From: a bacterium
Lineage (GTDB): Bacteria > Bacteroidota > Ignavibacteria > UBA10030
DNA: 38,129 nt
Reading direction: 5' to 3'
Assembly: GCA_043803945.1 (NCBI GenBank)
Contig: JAZDJN010000017.1
Span: 1-38,129 of the forward strand
Positions within the stretch are counted from its first letter, which is position 1, and every line of letters starts with the position of its first letter. The position numbers were made by a program, and so were the translations under genes. Below the pieces are notes generated by a model. The model was not told the DNA's origin. It did no database searches and saw only the letters and a program-made list of their open reading frames with translations. Shown piece by piece: positions 29,950 to 38,129 of this stretch.

Positions 29950-31197
29950 TTACCAGCGTCGTGGTGCGTCCTTAACGCAACGTACGGTATCGCGGGCAAT
30001 GAGCAATTCTTCATTTGTCGGGATAACATAGACTTTCACCCTGCTGCTTGGAAGGCTGATATCGCCCTCCTTGCCCGGGGTGAATGAATAATTAACTGCG
30101 TCATCGATCTCAATGCCGAGTCGCTCCAGGCCAGCACAAATACGCTGCCTGATTTGTGGAGAGTTTTCTCCAATACCTCCTGTGAAAATTATCGCATCGG
30201 CTCCCCCCATCTCTGCCAGATAGGCGCCAATATATTTCTTTGCTTTATGACAGAACATATCAATGGCAAGTTTGGCGCGGCGGTCCTGATGCTCCCGTTC
30301 TTCTTCAAGCAGATCGCGCATATCGTTTGTCAGTCCTGAAACACCCAGTAGTCCCGATTGCTTGTTCAGCAAACCATCAATGTCGCTGATGGACATCGCT
30401 TCTTTGTGCATCAGATATTCCATTGCACCCGGATCCAGATCACCGCCACGCGTCCCCATCATTAATCCCTCCAATGGAGTAAGTCCCATTGAAGTATCAA
30501 ATGAATATCCATTTTTAATTGCACATGCCGAGCAACCGTTGCCCAGATGCATGGTAATGACATTGGTGGAATCAACATCCCTGCCTGTCAATTGCCGGTA
30601 ACGATAGGAGACATAGCGGTGCGAGGTGCCATGAAATCCATACCGCCTGATCTTGTGGCGGCGGTAGAGCTGGTACGGGATGGCATAGAGATACGATGAT
30701 TCCGGCATGGTGGAGTGGAACGATGTATCAAACACGGCAACCAGGGGAACGCCGGCGCCAAAGAGATCGCGAGAAGCGTAAATACCTTTCAAGTTTGCCG
30801 GATTATGAAGCGGGGCTAGATCAATGCAATCTTCAATCCCGCGAATGACTTTCTCATCAATGACTATTGATCGGGTAAATTTCTCGGCGCCATGAACACA
30901 CCGGTGGCCTACAGCATGAATGTCTGCCAGCGATTGAATGCCGGTAATCTGTGCATCAGTGGAAATGATCCACCGCAGCACGTGATCCAATGCCGCGCGA
31001 TGGTCTTTCAAGGGTGAGGCTTGTTTCAGCGGTGTCCGCCCGGCTGCCTGATAGGTGATCGTAGCCTGACTGCCAATCCGCTCAATGAGGCCTTTGGCTT
31101 TCATCCTGTCAGCATTCTGTTCAATGAGGTCGAGATCAGTCTCGATGATCTGGAATTTTAGAGATGAGCTTCCGCAATTGAGGACGAGTATGTTCAT
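29950..31197 (-). CDS. ackA: Acetate kinase
   Basis: ILVLNCGSSSLKFQ, GHRCVHG, LAPLHNP, RYGFHGTSH, HLGNG, FTGGIGEN and IPTNEE. Confidence 0.97.
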   Translation of the reverse strand: MNILVLNCGSSSLKFQIIETDLDLIEQNADRMKAKGLIERIGSQATITYQAAGRTPLKQASPLKDHRAALDHVLRWIISTDAQITGIQSLADIHAVGHRCVHGAEKFTRSIVIDEKVIRGIEDCIDLAPLHNPANLKGIYASRDLFGAGVPLVAVFDTSFHSTMPESSYLYAIPYQLYRRHKIRRYGFHGTSHRYVSYRYRQLTGRDVDSTNVITMHLGNGCSACAIKNGYSFDTSMGLTPLEGLMMGTRGGDLDPGAMEYLMHKEAMSISDIDGLLNKQSGLLGVSGLTNDMRDLLEEEREHQDRRAKLAIDMFCHKAKKYIGAYLAEMGGADAIIFTGGIGENSPQIRQRICAGLERLGIEIDDAVNYSFTPGKEGDISLPSSRVKVYVIPTNEELLIARDTVRCVKDAPRRW

Positions 31198-31448
31198 GGC
31201 TAGTCTTGTCGTTCGTTATGATGATGGGGAAATAATCTTCTGTGCTTGTGTTCTGTTAACGTACTATTTTGTTGCTGGAAACTCAAGCTGCTGTATTTTG
31301 GTTTTCCCTTTTTTACGGTATCTTCTCAAGAATGAAACGCTGTCATCAACTCAGGCAAATGGAACGATGACGAAATATTATCAAAGTTGACACTAAGCAC
31401 AGGACCACGGGATTTTCCAGGAATTCACTGAACTATCCCTGCGAATCA

Positions 31449-32462
31449 ATGAAAAAATTCACCCTGAAACAACTTCCGACCGATCATCTTCATCTTGTTC
31501 ATCCACAGCAATTCAAGATTGACTACAAGAAAGAATTGAATCCGGCGCAGTATGAAGCTGTCACGTCGGTGAACGGTCCTCATCTGATTATCGCCGGAGC
31601 GGGAACAGGAAAAACTCGGACGGTTGTGTATCGTGTGGCCTATTTAGTTGAGCTGGGAATAAAGCCGGATTCCATATTACTCCTAACATTTACACGCAAG
31701 GCCGCCAATGAAATGATGCGCCGGGCCTCCATCGTGCTCGACAGCCGATGCGAACAAATCGCCGGCGGTACCTTTCATTCCTTTGCAAGCTCCATCCTGC
31801 GGAAGTACGCCAACCAACTCGGATTCGATCGCAATTATACAATTCTTGATCAGACCGACGCTGAAGACGTGATCAACCTTATCCGAACCCGAATGAAATT
31901 TGACACGAAGGAAAAGCGTTTTCCCAGAAAGGAAGCGCTCTATGATCTCTACAGCCGCTCGGTCAATACTCTCGTTTCAGTCAGGGAAATTCTGACGGTC
32001 GACTATCCGCATTACCTTGAACAGGAATCCGACATTCTTTCGGTCCATTCGATGTATGTGCAGTACAAGCGACAGCACAATCTCATGGACTACGACGACC
32101 TGCTTGTCCATCTTGCGTCGCTTCTGCAGCAGCATGAATCCATTCGCGCAACGCTCTCTCAACGCTATAAATATATCATGGTTGATGAATACCAGGATAC
32201 CAACAGCGTGCAGGCTAAGCTGGTGAAATTACTCGCCTACAAGCATCAGAATGTCATGGTCGTCGGAGACGATGCGCAATGTATTTATTCGTTTCGCGGT
32301 TCAACGATACGAAATATCCTTACATTCGAAAAAGTATTTCCAGGGTGTAGAGTGATTACGCTGGAGGAAAATTTCCGGAGTACGCAGCCGATCCTCAACC
32401 TGGCAAATGAGATTTTAAAACGGGCGTCGATTGAGCTGGTACATGATGGGGGTGAGAAGTGA
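31449..32462 (+). CDS. uvrD: UvrD/PcrA-family helicase, N-terminal half (domains 1A/1B), ending inside an insert
   Basis: LNPAQ, AGAGTGKT, LTFTRKAA, TFHS, VDEYQD, VGDDAQCIYSFRG and ENFRST, then LANEILKRA followed by an atypical tail SIELVHDGGEK*. Confidence 0.9.
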   Translation: MKKFTLKQLPTDHLHLVHPQQFKIDYKKELNPAQYEAVTSVNGPHLIIAGAGTGKTRTVVYRVAYLVELGIKPDSILLLTFTRKAANEMMRRASIVLDSRCEQIAGGTFHSFASSILRKYANQLGFDRNYTILDQTDAEDVINLIRTRMKFDTKEKRFPRKEALYDLYSRSVNTLVSVREILTVDYPHYLEQESDILSVHSMYVQYKRQHNLMDYDDLLVHLASLLQQHESIRATLSQRYKYIMVDEYQDTNSVQAKLVKLLAYKHQNVMVVGDDAQCIYSFRGSTIRNILTFEKVFPGCRVITLEENFRSTQPILNLANEILKRASIELVHDGGEK

Positions 32463-32698
32463 GAAGAGAGAAGTATGTAGAAGGTCGACGGTAAACAGAA
32501 GGCGGGAGAAAGAGAAGGGGAGAGTGAGAGCGTAAGAGGGTATGAGGGTAAGGTTGTATGAGAATTGATGAAAGGTGGTTGAGGATTTGAGATTGAAAGT
32601 GAAAATAAGAAAAACAGAGAAGAGGGAAAGGGTTCGAGATTCTATGGATGGAAAGCTACAATCAACAATCGAAAATCGTAAATCGGCAATCGCCAATG
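32427..32698. repeat. Purine-rich insert made of degenerate 7-mer and 8-mer tandem repeats
   Basis: 145 of 180 nt are purines in 32451-32630, with only 6 C. Units include GTGAGAA x2/GAGAGAA, the octamers AGAGTGAG/AGCGTAAG/AGGGTATG/AGGGTAAG, and AATCNNN x5 (32660-32694). Boundaries are approximate. Confidence 0.8.
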
Positions 32699-33718
32699 TA
32701 CTATAAGGAACTCTATACCAGGAAAACCGGTGGAAATCTGCCGCAGCTTGTATGCGCTGAAAACGAGAATATGCAGTCGCGGTTTGTTGTGCAGAAAATT
32801 CTCGAGCTGCGTGAACAGGGAATAGCTCTGGAAGAAATGGCGGTGTTGTTCCGATCCTCATTTCTCTCCTTCGATCTGGAAATTGAATTAACTAAAGCGA
32901 ATATCCCGTTTGTCAAGTTTGGCGGATTCAAGTTCATCGAAACGGCCCATGTAAAGGATATGATTGCCTACCTGCGTGTACTGGAAAATCCGTTGGATAT
33001 CGTTTCGTGGAATCGGATTCTCCTGCTGGTGGACGGAGTCGGGCCAAGGACCGCCGAAAAGATTATCCTCGATATTCAAAACAGGCGTATTCAAAGCCCG
33101 GGCGGCAATCGTGGAAATCCGCCCTCGACAAAATTCTGGATTCAATTCCAGGGCTATTCGGAGCATGTACAGAAACTCTTCTCGGTGCTTCACGATGTCG
33201 CTTCATCGACTGTACCGCCCGCTGAGAAAACCTATCAGGTTCTGAGCTACTATGAACCGATTCTTCGTGCACGGTATGATGATCATCAGAAGCGAAAAAA
33301 GGACCTGGAGATGTTTCAGAACATCTCCGAACGGTATAAGGATCTTGGCACTCTCCTGACCGATCTGGCGCTTGAACCGCCGAACGAAAGTATCGTGGAT
33401 GTGCAATCCCCGGGGCCGGAGAGAGAGTTCCTGACACTATCGACAATTCACAGTGCGAAAGGTCTCGAGTGGAATACTGTATTTGTGATCTACGCATTGG
33501 AAGGACGTTTTCCAGCGATGCGTGCAGTGGCAACCGCCGAAGATGTCGAAGAAGAACGACGCCTGATGTATGTCGCATGCACACGCGCCAAAGAGAACCT
33601 CGTCATCACCTATCCAATGAATATTTATGATCGCGAGTCAGGATTAATCCTGACAAAACCATCCCGCTTCATTGAGGGCATCGGGGAAAATCTTTTAGAG
33701 CCATGGGTGATAGAATAG
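32648..33718 (+). CDS. uvrD: UvrD/PcrA-family helicase, C-terminal half (domains 2A/2B)
   Basis: After a repeat-derived leader MESYNQQSKIVNRQSPM come YYKELYTRKTGG, AVLFRS, GVGPRT, LSTIHSAKGLEW, EEERRLMYVACTRAK and PSRFI. An alternative ATG is at 32696. Confidence 0.88.
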   Translation: MESYNQQSKIVNRQSPMYYKELYTRKTGGNLPQLVCAENENMQSRFVVQKILELREQGIALEEMAVLFRSSFLSFDLEIELTKANIPFVKFGGFKFIETAHVKDMIAYLRVLENPLDIVSWNRILLLVDGVGPRTAEKIILDIQNRRIQSPGGNRGNPPSTKFWIQFQGYSEHVQKLFSVLHDVASSTVPPAEKTYQVLSYYEPILRARYDDHQKRKKDLEMFQNISERYKDLGTLLTDLALEPPNESIVDVQSPGPEREFLTLSTIHSAKGLEWNTVFVIYALEGRFPAMRAVATAEDVEEERRLMYVACTRAKENLVITYPMNIYDRESGLILTKPSRFIEGIGENLLEPWVIE

Positions 33719-33730
33719 AAAGGAACGAGC

Positions 33731-33988
33731 TTGATCTCTCTTGATCGAAATGAAAATCTCTACGGCCCTGCACCGAAATGCTTCGAAGCATTGCAGAGCG
33801 TGGGAATTGAAGATCAGGTAAAGGAAGCTCTCCAGCAATTCTTAGAGCGGCGTGAAATGAGAATTAAGTTTTTCACAGAGCCGGAGTTCGCCGATTGTGT
33901 ACGCATTACGCTGGGCACAGAAGATCACAATCGAATGCTGCTTGCGGCGTTGTCCGATTTCTTTACTCCCGGGGATGGACGTTCATGA
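33731..33988 (+). pseudogene. In-frame internally deleted class I/II PLP aminotransferase (HisC/CobD-like)
   Basis: The N-terminal LDRNENLYGPAP is fused directly to the C-terminal DCVRITLGTEDHNRMLL. It is 85 aa against the usual ~350 and has no PLP-lysine region. Confidence 0.8.
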
Positions 33989-34746
33989 AGTGCATTATTC
34001 TTGCAGCAGGGGCTTCGAGGAGAATGCGCCCATTCACTGATGCCCAGCCGAAATGCTTATTGAAGATTGGCGGAACAACGCTCCTTGAACGGACTATCGA
34101 TAATGTTCTCGCAGCAGGTGTGGAAGAGTTCGGGATCGTTGTCGGGTACAGAAGAGAGCAGGTTCACCAATTTCTCAAGGAGAAATATCCGTTCCAGCGG
34201 ATTCGTTTCATCACGAATGCAAAATTCGAATCGACAAATAATGCCTATTCCCTTTTACTGGCCCGGGAATTTTATTTGAAAGATTTGACTGCGGATGGAT
34301 CGGGCCCGCCTTTACTCTTGCTCGACAGTGATATTCTCTTTCCCAAAGAATTGCTCTTTCCGCTCATCAAGGAGAGTAAAACGAGCTCGCTTGCGGTTCG
34401 CGTCGAAGGGGAGCATAACGATGAGGAGATTCGAGTGGCACTGAATCCCGGCGGAACGATCGCGGCCATTGGAAAGAATATTCCGCTTGCTCAATTCTAT
34501 GGAGAATCAATAGGCATAGAACTGTTTCACCCGAACGATGCACGTGCATTGTTTCAGGTTCTGGAACAACGAGTTCGAGCCGGGGTGGGAAGAACGGAAT
34601 TCTATGAAGCATCATTCCAGGTATTGATCGATCGTGGACACATGATAAAAGCGGTCGATGTCAGTGCCTTTAAGGCGATGGAAATTGATACTCCCAAAGA
34701 TTTCGAGGCAGCAAAGTCTCTCCTCGGTGTCAAAAACTATAAGTAA
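33985..34746 (+). CDS. NTP transferase, phosphocholine/inositol-phosphate cytidylyltransferase family
   Basis: MKCIILAAGASRRM, PKCLL, VVGY, TNNAYSL, LDSDI, GESIGI and EIDT..D. ATG 33985 overlaps the upstream TGA. Confidence 0.9.
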   Translation: MKCIILAAGASRRMRPFTDAQPKCLLKIGGTTLLERTIDNVLAAGVEEFGIVVGYRREQVHQFLKEKYPFQRIRFITNAKFESTNNAYSLLLAREFYLKDLTADGSGPPLLLLDSDILFPKELLFPLIKESKTSSLAVRVEGEHNDEEIRVALNPGGTIAAIGKNIPLAQFYGESIGIELFHPNDARALFQVLEQRVRAGVGRTEFYEASFQVLIDRGHMIKAVDVSAFKAMEIDTPKDFEAAKSLLGVKNYK

Positions 34747-34787
34747 ATGCTATAGTGAATTTGTGTAACCAGCGTAATCAGTGGTCC

Positions 34788-35648
34788 ATGGATTATAATT
34801 ACTCTACGACGGTCAAGTCCTCGCTTTCCGACGAGCTGATTAATACATACCTCCTCCGGCCAATCGCAGGGCTGGTGGTCAGAGCGTTGTATCACACTCC
34901 GGTGACACCAAACCAGGTGACATTGATTTCGACCTTCGTTGGCGTGGTGGCAGCAGCATTGTACTTTCCACGGGAAGCCTCCTGGACTGCAATAGCCGGT
35001 TTATGTGTGACAGTCAAGGACATTCTCGATTCGGCAGACGGGCAGCTTGCACGGGCGAAACAACAATACAGCAGGCGCGGGAGATTCCTTGACTCGATCG
35101 GTGACTTCCTCGTGAACGCGTGCCTTTTCGGAGTTTTTGGCTACATCCTGTTTCAGCAATTTCACACATTGGAAGTACTGGTACTGAGCTTGCTGGGATT
35201 TTGGGGAATCACGCTGCGTGTCTCCTACCATGTCTTCTATCAAGCTTTCTATCTTCATCTTGAAAAGAAGTATGAAGTGAACAGAGTAACAGAAACGATC
35301 ACCGACGAAGATCGGAAAGGGGATACCGTCACCTATTTGCTGCAACGGACATTCCAGTTCCTCTATGGCTGGCAGGACCGGTTGATGATTCGGGTTGATT
35401 ATTGGTGCAGAAGTGGATCAGATGCGTCGGAATATCTTCACGGATGGTACAGCAATCCAATCGGGCTGCGGCTCTCAGGTCTGATCGGGATCGGAACTGA
35501 ATTGTTTCTTCTGATGCTGTTTTCACTCTTCAATCAGATCAGGCTCTATTTGTATGTGAACCTCTTTCTTATGAATGGAATTCTTCTTATTTCTATACTG
35601 TATCGGAAGTTCTTCCTCCACAGATCACTTTTATCACGAGGTCAATAA
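34788..35648 (+). CDS. CDP-alcohol phosphatidyltransferase family protein
   Basis: TPNQVT and LDSADGQLAR....SRRGRFLDSIGD signature, with several TM segments. ATG 34788 is preferred because the upstream GTG extension is repeat-derived. Confidence 0.92.
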   Translation: MDYNYSTTVKSSLSDELINTYLLRPIAGLVVRALYHTPVTPNQVTLISTFVGVVAAALYFPREASWTAIAGLCVTVKDILDSADGQLARAKQQYSRRGRFLDSIGDFLVNACLFGVFGYILFQQFHTLEVLVLSLLGFWGITLRVSYHVFYQAFYLHLEKKYEVNRVTETITDEDRKGDTVTYLLQRTFQFLYGWQDRLMIRVDYWCRSGSDASEYLHGWYSNPIGLRLSGLIGIGTELFLLMLFSLFNQIRLYLYVNLFLMNGILLISILYRKFFLHRSLLSRGQ

Positions 35649-37996
35649 TGAGAAGGCACTTACTCTTGAGTCTCTTATTTATGTTACCAATCGCACTCAT
35701 CGCTCAACTTCCCGGTCCGAAGGAGAACAGAATGCTGCTTCCGAACGGTTGGTGGCTTTCTCCTGCAGGAGAACAATTGCCACTGGGTGACTTTCCGATG
35801 AATGCCGCTCTCCACGAGAGTCAGCGGTATCTGGCCGTTACACAGAGCGGCCAGTCGAAAGCTGAACTTCTGCTCGTCGATCTGAAGCTGAAAAAGGTTG
35901 TGCAGCAAATCCGGTTGAAGGATAGCTGGCTTGGAATAAAATTTGTTGGATCGAAATTGTATGTCTCAGGTGGATATCAAAACTGTATCTACACGTTTCA
36001 ACTGGCGAAGGGGCAATTGATAACCGGCGATACACTCTATTTCGTAGATCGCTCAAAAAAGTACTCGGGTGCCGTTGCGGGATTGGATATGAGCAAGAAC
36101 ACCCTGGCTGTCGTCTTTCGGGAAGACAGCACATTGCGCTTCTTCGATCTGAAGAAAAAGCAGCAGGAAATCGTCAAGCTGGAAGGAATGCCCTATACAT
36201 GCCTCTTTCTTAACGATGGTTCTCTTGCAGTTTCACTCTGGAGTTCAAAAAAAGTTCAGGTCTTCATGAAAAGGAAGATGCTTTATGAAGTGGCAACAGG
36301 AGATCATCCGAATGAGATCACACTCAGCAAGAACCAGCAGTTTGCCTATATTGCCTGTGCGAATGATAATACGGTGACTGTAATCGATCTCCGGAAGCAG
36401 AAAGCAGTCGCTTCAATTGTAACGGCAATTCATCCGGATGCGCCCGAGGGGTCAACGACGAATTCGGTCGCCTTGACGCCCGATCAGAACTATCTCATTG
36501 CCGCGAATGCCGACAACAACTCGCTTGCTGTCATCGGTGTAAAGAAACCAGCGGAATCAAAACCTCTCGGTTTCATTCCCGTCGGTTGGTACCCGACGAA
36601 AGTTCTCGTCCTGAAGAATAACACCATCCTGGTTCTTAACGGAAAAGGAGGACGATCATTCGCCAATCCTAAAGAAGAGTATATCGGCAGCCTGATGGTG
36701 GGCTCGCTTTCTATAATTCCTATGCCGAGCGAGAAAAAGCTGGCACAGTATTCACAACAGGTTCTGAGCAATACACCGTACAAACATTCGGAGTTGCTGG
36801 AGCTGGCTTATAAGGGAGAAAACGCTATCCCGCGAAAGGTCGGCAATCCTTCTCCCATTAAATATGTCTTCTATATCATCAAAGAGAACCGGACGTACGA
36901 TCAGGTGTTCGGTGACATGCCGCAGGGCAACGGCGATACCTCACTTTGCCTGTTCGGAGAGGAAGTCAGCCCCAATCATCATAAGCTTGCCCGCGAGTTC
37001 GTGCTGATGGATAATTTTTACGTGAATGCAGAGGTCAGTGCAGATGGACATAACTGGTCTGTTGGCGGCTATGCCACGGACTTTATTGAAAAAACATGGC
37101 CGCCCCATTATGGCGGGCGGGGAGGGGAATATGTTTTTGAAGGAACGGAGCGTACCGGAAAACCCACGGCAGGCTACATCTGGAGTATGTGCAATAACAA
37201 GGGGGTGAGCTTCCGTTTGTATGGAGAGTATATCGATCCGGAGGAGAAAGACTCGCCGGCGAAACCACGCGATGCTGACGTTGGCAATAATTTTTCAAAA
37301 ACGTATCGCGGCTGGGATCTCGACTATTCCGATATCGAGCGGTATAAAGCGTGGGAGAAGGAGTTTACAGAATTCGAACGCACCGGGTCGCTCCCAAAAC
37401 TGAACATTCTCCATCTTCCCAATGACCATACCGCCGGTACGAAAAAAGGTGCATTGACCCCCAAAGCGTATGTTGCACAGAACGATTATGCTCTTGGACT
37501 GATTGTCGATCGGATCAGCCGCAGTCCGTTCTGGAAGGAAACCGCAATTTTCGTTGTCGAGGACGATGCACAGAATGGGCCTGACCATGTCGACGCACAC
37601 CGCTCAACAGCTCTTGTTATCTCTCCCTACATTAAACGAAACTCTGTCGATCATACACTCTACAGCACCACTTCGATGCTGCGAACGATGGAGTTGATCC
37701 TTGGATTGCCACCGATGAGCCAATTTGATGCAGCCGCCATACCGATGTATAATGCGTTCACGACAACGGCTGATCTCACACCGTATTCCGTCGAGCAGCC
37801 GCGTCACGACCTGAATGAAAAAAATCCCGACGGGAGTTATGGACAGGATCTCATGGAGAGAATGAATTTACGAAAGGTGGACGCCGCTCCAGATCGCTTG
37901 TTCAGTGAGATTATCTGGCGTGCAGTTAAAGGGACACCAATGCCCCCGCCGAAGTATTCGATCTTTTCCTTTGGTGCCGAAGAGGAGGATGAGTAG
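35648..37996 (+). CDS. Secreted YncE/YVTN beta-propeller + alkaline-phosphatase-superfamily phosphoesterase
   Basis: Signal peptide, LPNGW.LSPAG, ANADNN, GFIPVGWYPT, IKYVFYIIKENRTYDQV, SADGH, NDHT and EDDAQNGPDHVDAHRS. Confidence 0.92.
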   Translation: MRRHLLLSLLFMLPIALIAQLPGPKENRMLLPNGWWLSPAGEQLPLGDFPMNAALHESQRYLAVTQSGQSKAELLLVDLKLKKVVQQIRLKDSWLGIKFVGSKLYVSGGYQNCIYTFQLAKGQLITGDTLYFVDRSKKYSGAVAGLDMSKNTLAVVFREDSTLRFFDLKKKQQEIVKLEGMPYTCLFLNDGSLAVSLWSSKKVQVFMKRKMLYEVATGDHPNEITLSKNQQFAYIACANDNTVTVIDLRKQKAVASIVTAIHPDAPEGSTTNSVALTPDQNYLIAANADNNSLAVIGVKKPAESKPLGFIPVGWYPTKVLVLKNNTILVLNGKGGRSFANPKEEYIGSLMVGSLSIIPMPSEKKLAQYSQQVLSNTPYKHSELLELAYKGENAIPRKVGNPSPIKYVFYIIKENRTYDQVFGDMPQGNGDTSLCLFGEEVSPNHHKLAREFVLMDNFYVNAEVSADGHNWSVGGYATDFIEKTWPPHYGGRGGEYVFEGTERTGKPTAGYIWSMCNNKGVSFRLYGEYIDPEEKDSPAKPRDADVGNNFSKTYRGWDLDYSDIERYKAWEKEFTEFERTGSLPKLNILHLPNDHTAGTKKGALTPKAYVAQNDYALGLIVDRISRSPFWKETAIFVVEDDAQNGPDHVDAHRSTALVISPYIKRNSVDHTLYSTTSMLRTMELILGLPPMSQFDAAAIPMYNAFTTTADLTPYSVEQPRHDLNEKNPDGSYGQDLMERMNLRKVDAAPDRLFSEIIWRAVKGTPMPPPKYSIFSFGAEEEDE

Positions 37997-37998
37997 AG

Positions 37999-38129
37999 AT
38001 TTATTAACATGGATAGACAGGATGGACAGGATTATTTTAGATAGGGTTGGTAAGAATAATATCCTATTTATCCTGTAAATCGATGTCTACATATTTATTA
38101 ACATGGATAGACAGGATGGACAGGATTAT
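37999..38129. repeat. 37-bp direct repeat (period 94) whose spacer holds the inverted complement; 9-mer-based hairpin unit cut by the window end
   Basis: ATTTATTAACATGGATAGACAGGATGGACAGGATTAT occurs at 37999-38035 and 38093-38129. Segment 38007-38036 pairs imperfectly with 38055-38086. Confidence 0.85.

Noticed and set aside
32427-32698. Group I/II intron, intein or IS in uvrD
   Set aside because: No GUGYG/domain V or P7-like core, too little C to fold, stop codons rule out an intein, and there is no transposase or clear target duplication.
32415-32861. 148-aa minus-strand ORF spanning the helicase insert as a cargo gene
   Set aside because: The pyrimidine-rich strand lacks stop codons by composition. 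The product is low-complexity F/S/L and it overlaps the helicase antisense.
37999-38129. CRISPR array
   Set aside because: There are only two units, the 57-bp spacer is complementary to the repeat, and no cas genes are present in the window.

Overview
This is a gene-dense chromosomal window from a bacterium whose protein content suggests the Bacteroidota/Ignavibacteriota (FCB) group; the taxonomy is inferred. Most of it is housekeeping: an NlpC/P60 peptidase and a Tat-exported dipeptide epimerase, a response regulator with a hybrid histidine kinase, a rodZ-like-ligA-STAS-SSS symporter-xerD run, a DUF1611-lysA-asd-yitJ run, a DUF5916 outer-membrane protein, a membrane adenylate cyclase, glgP, copA, ackA, a UvrD/PcrA helicase, and an NTP-transferase/CDP-alcohol phosphotransferase/beta-propeller phosphoesterase cluster. 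The unusual signals are these. (1) The UvrD helicase is split at its 1A/2A linker by a ~240-270 bp insert that is C-poor, ~80% purine and built from degenerate 7-mer and 8-mer repeats, while both protein halves stay intact. (2) Two genes (copZ-like and a PLP aminotransferase) are internally deleted to short stubs that still overlap the next gene's start codon (ATGA). (3) A DNA methyltransferase has a one-base slip in a C-tract at its SPPY motif and ends at a pair of dif-like direct repeats. (4) There are nested REP-like palindromes at the left end and a 9-mer-based hairpin repeat at the right end. (5) A possible structured RNA lies upstream of rodZ-ligA. No CRISPR array, rRNA, tRNA or intact transposase was seen.
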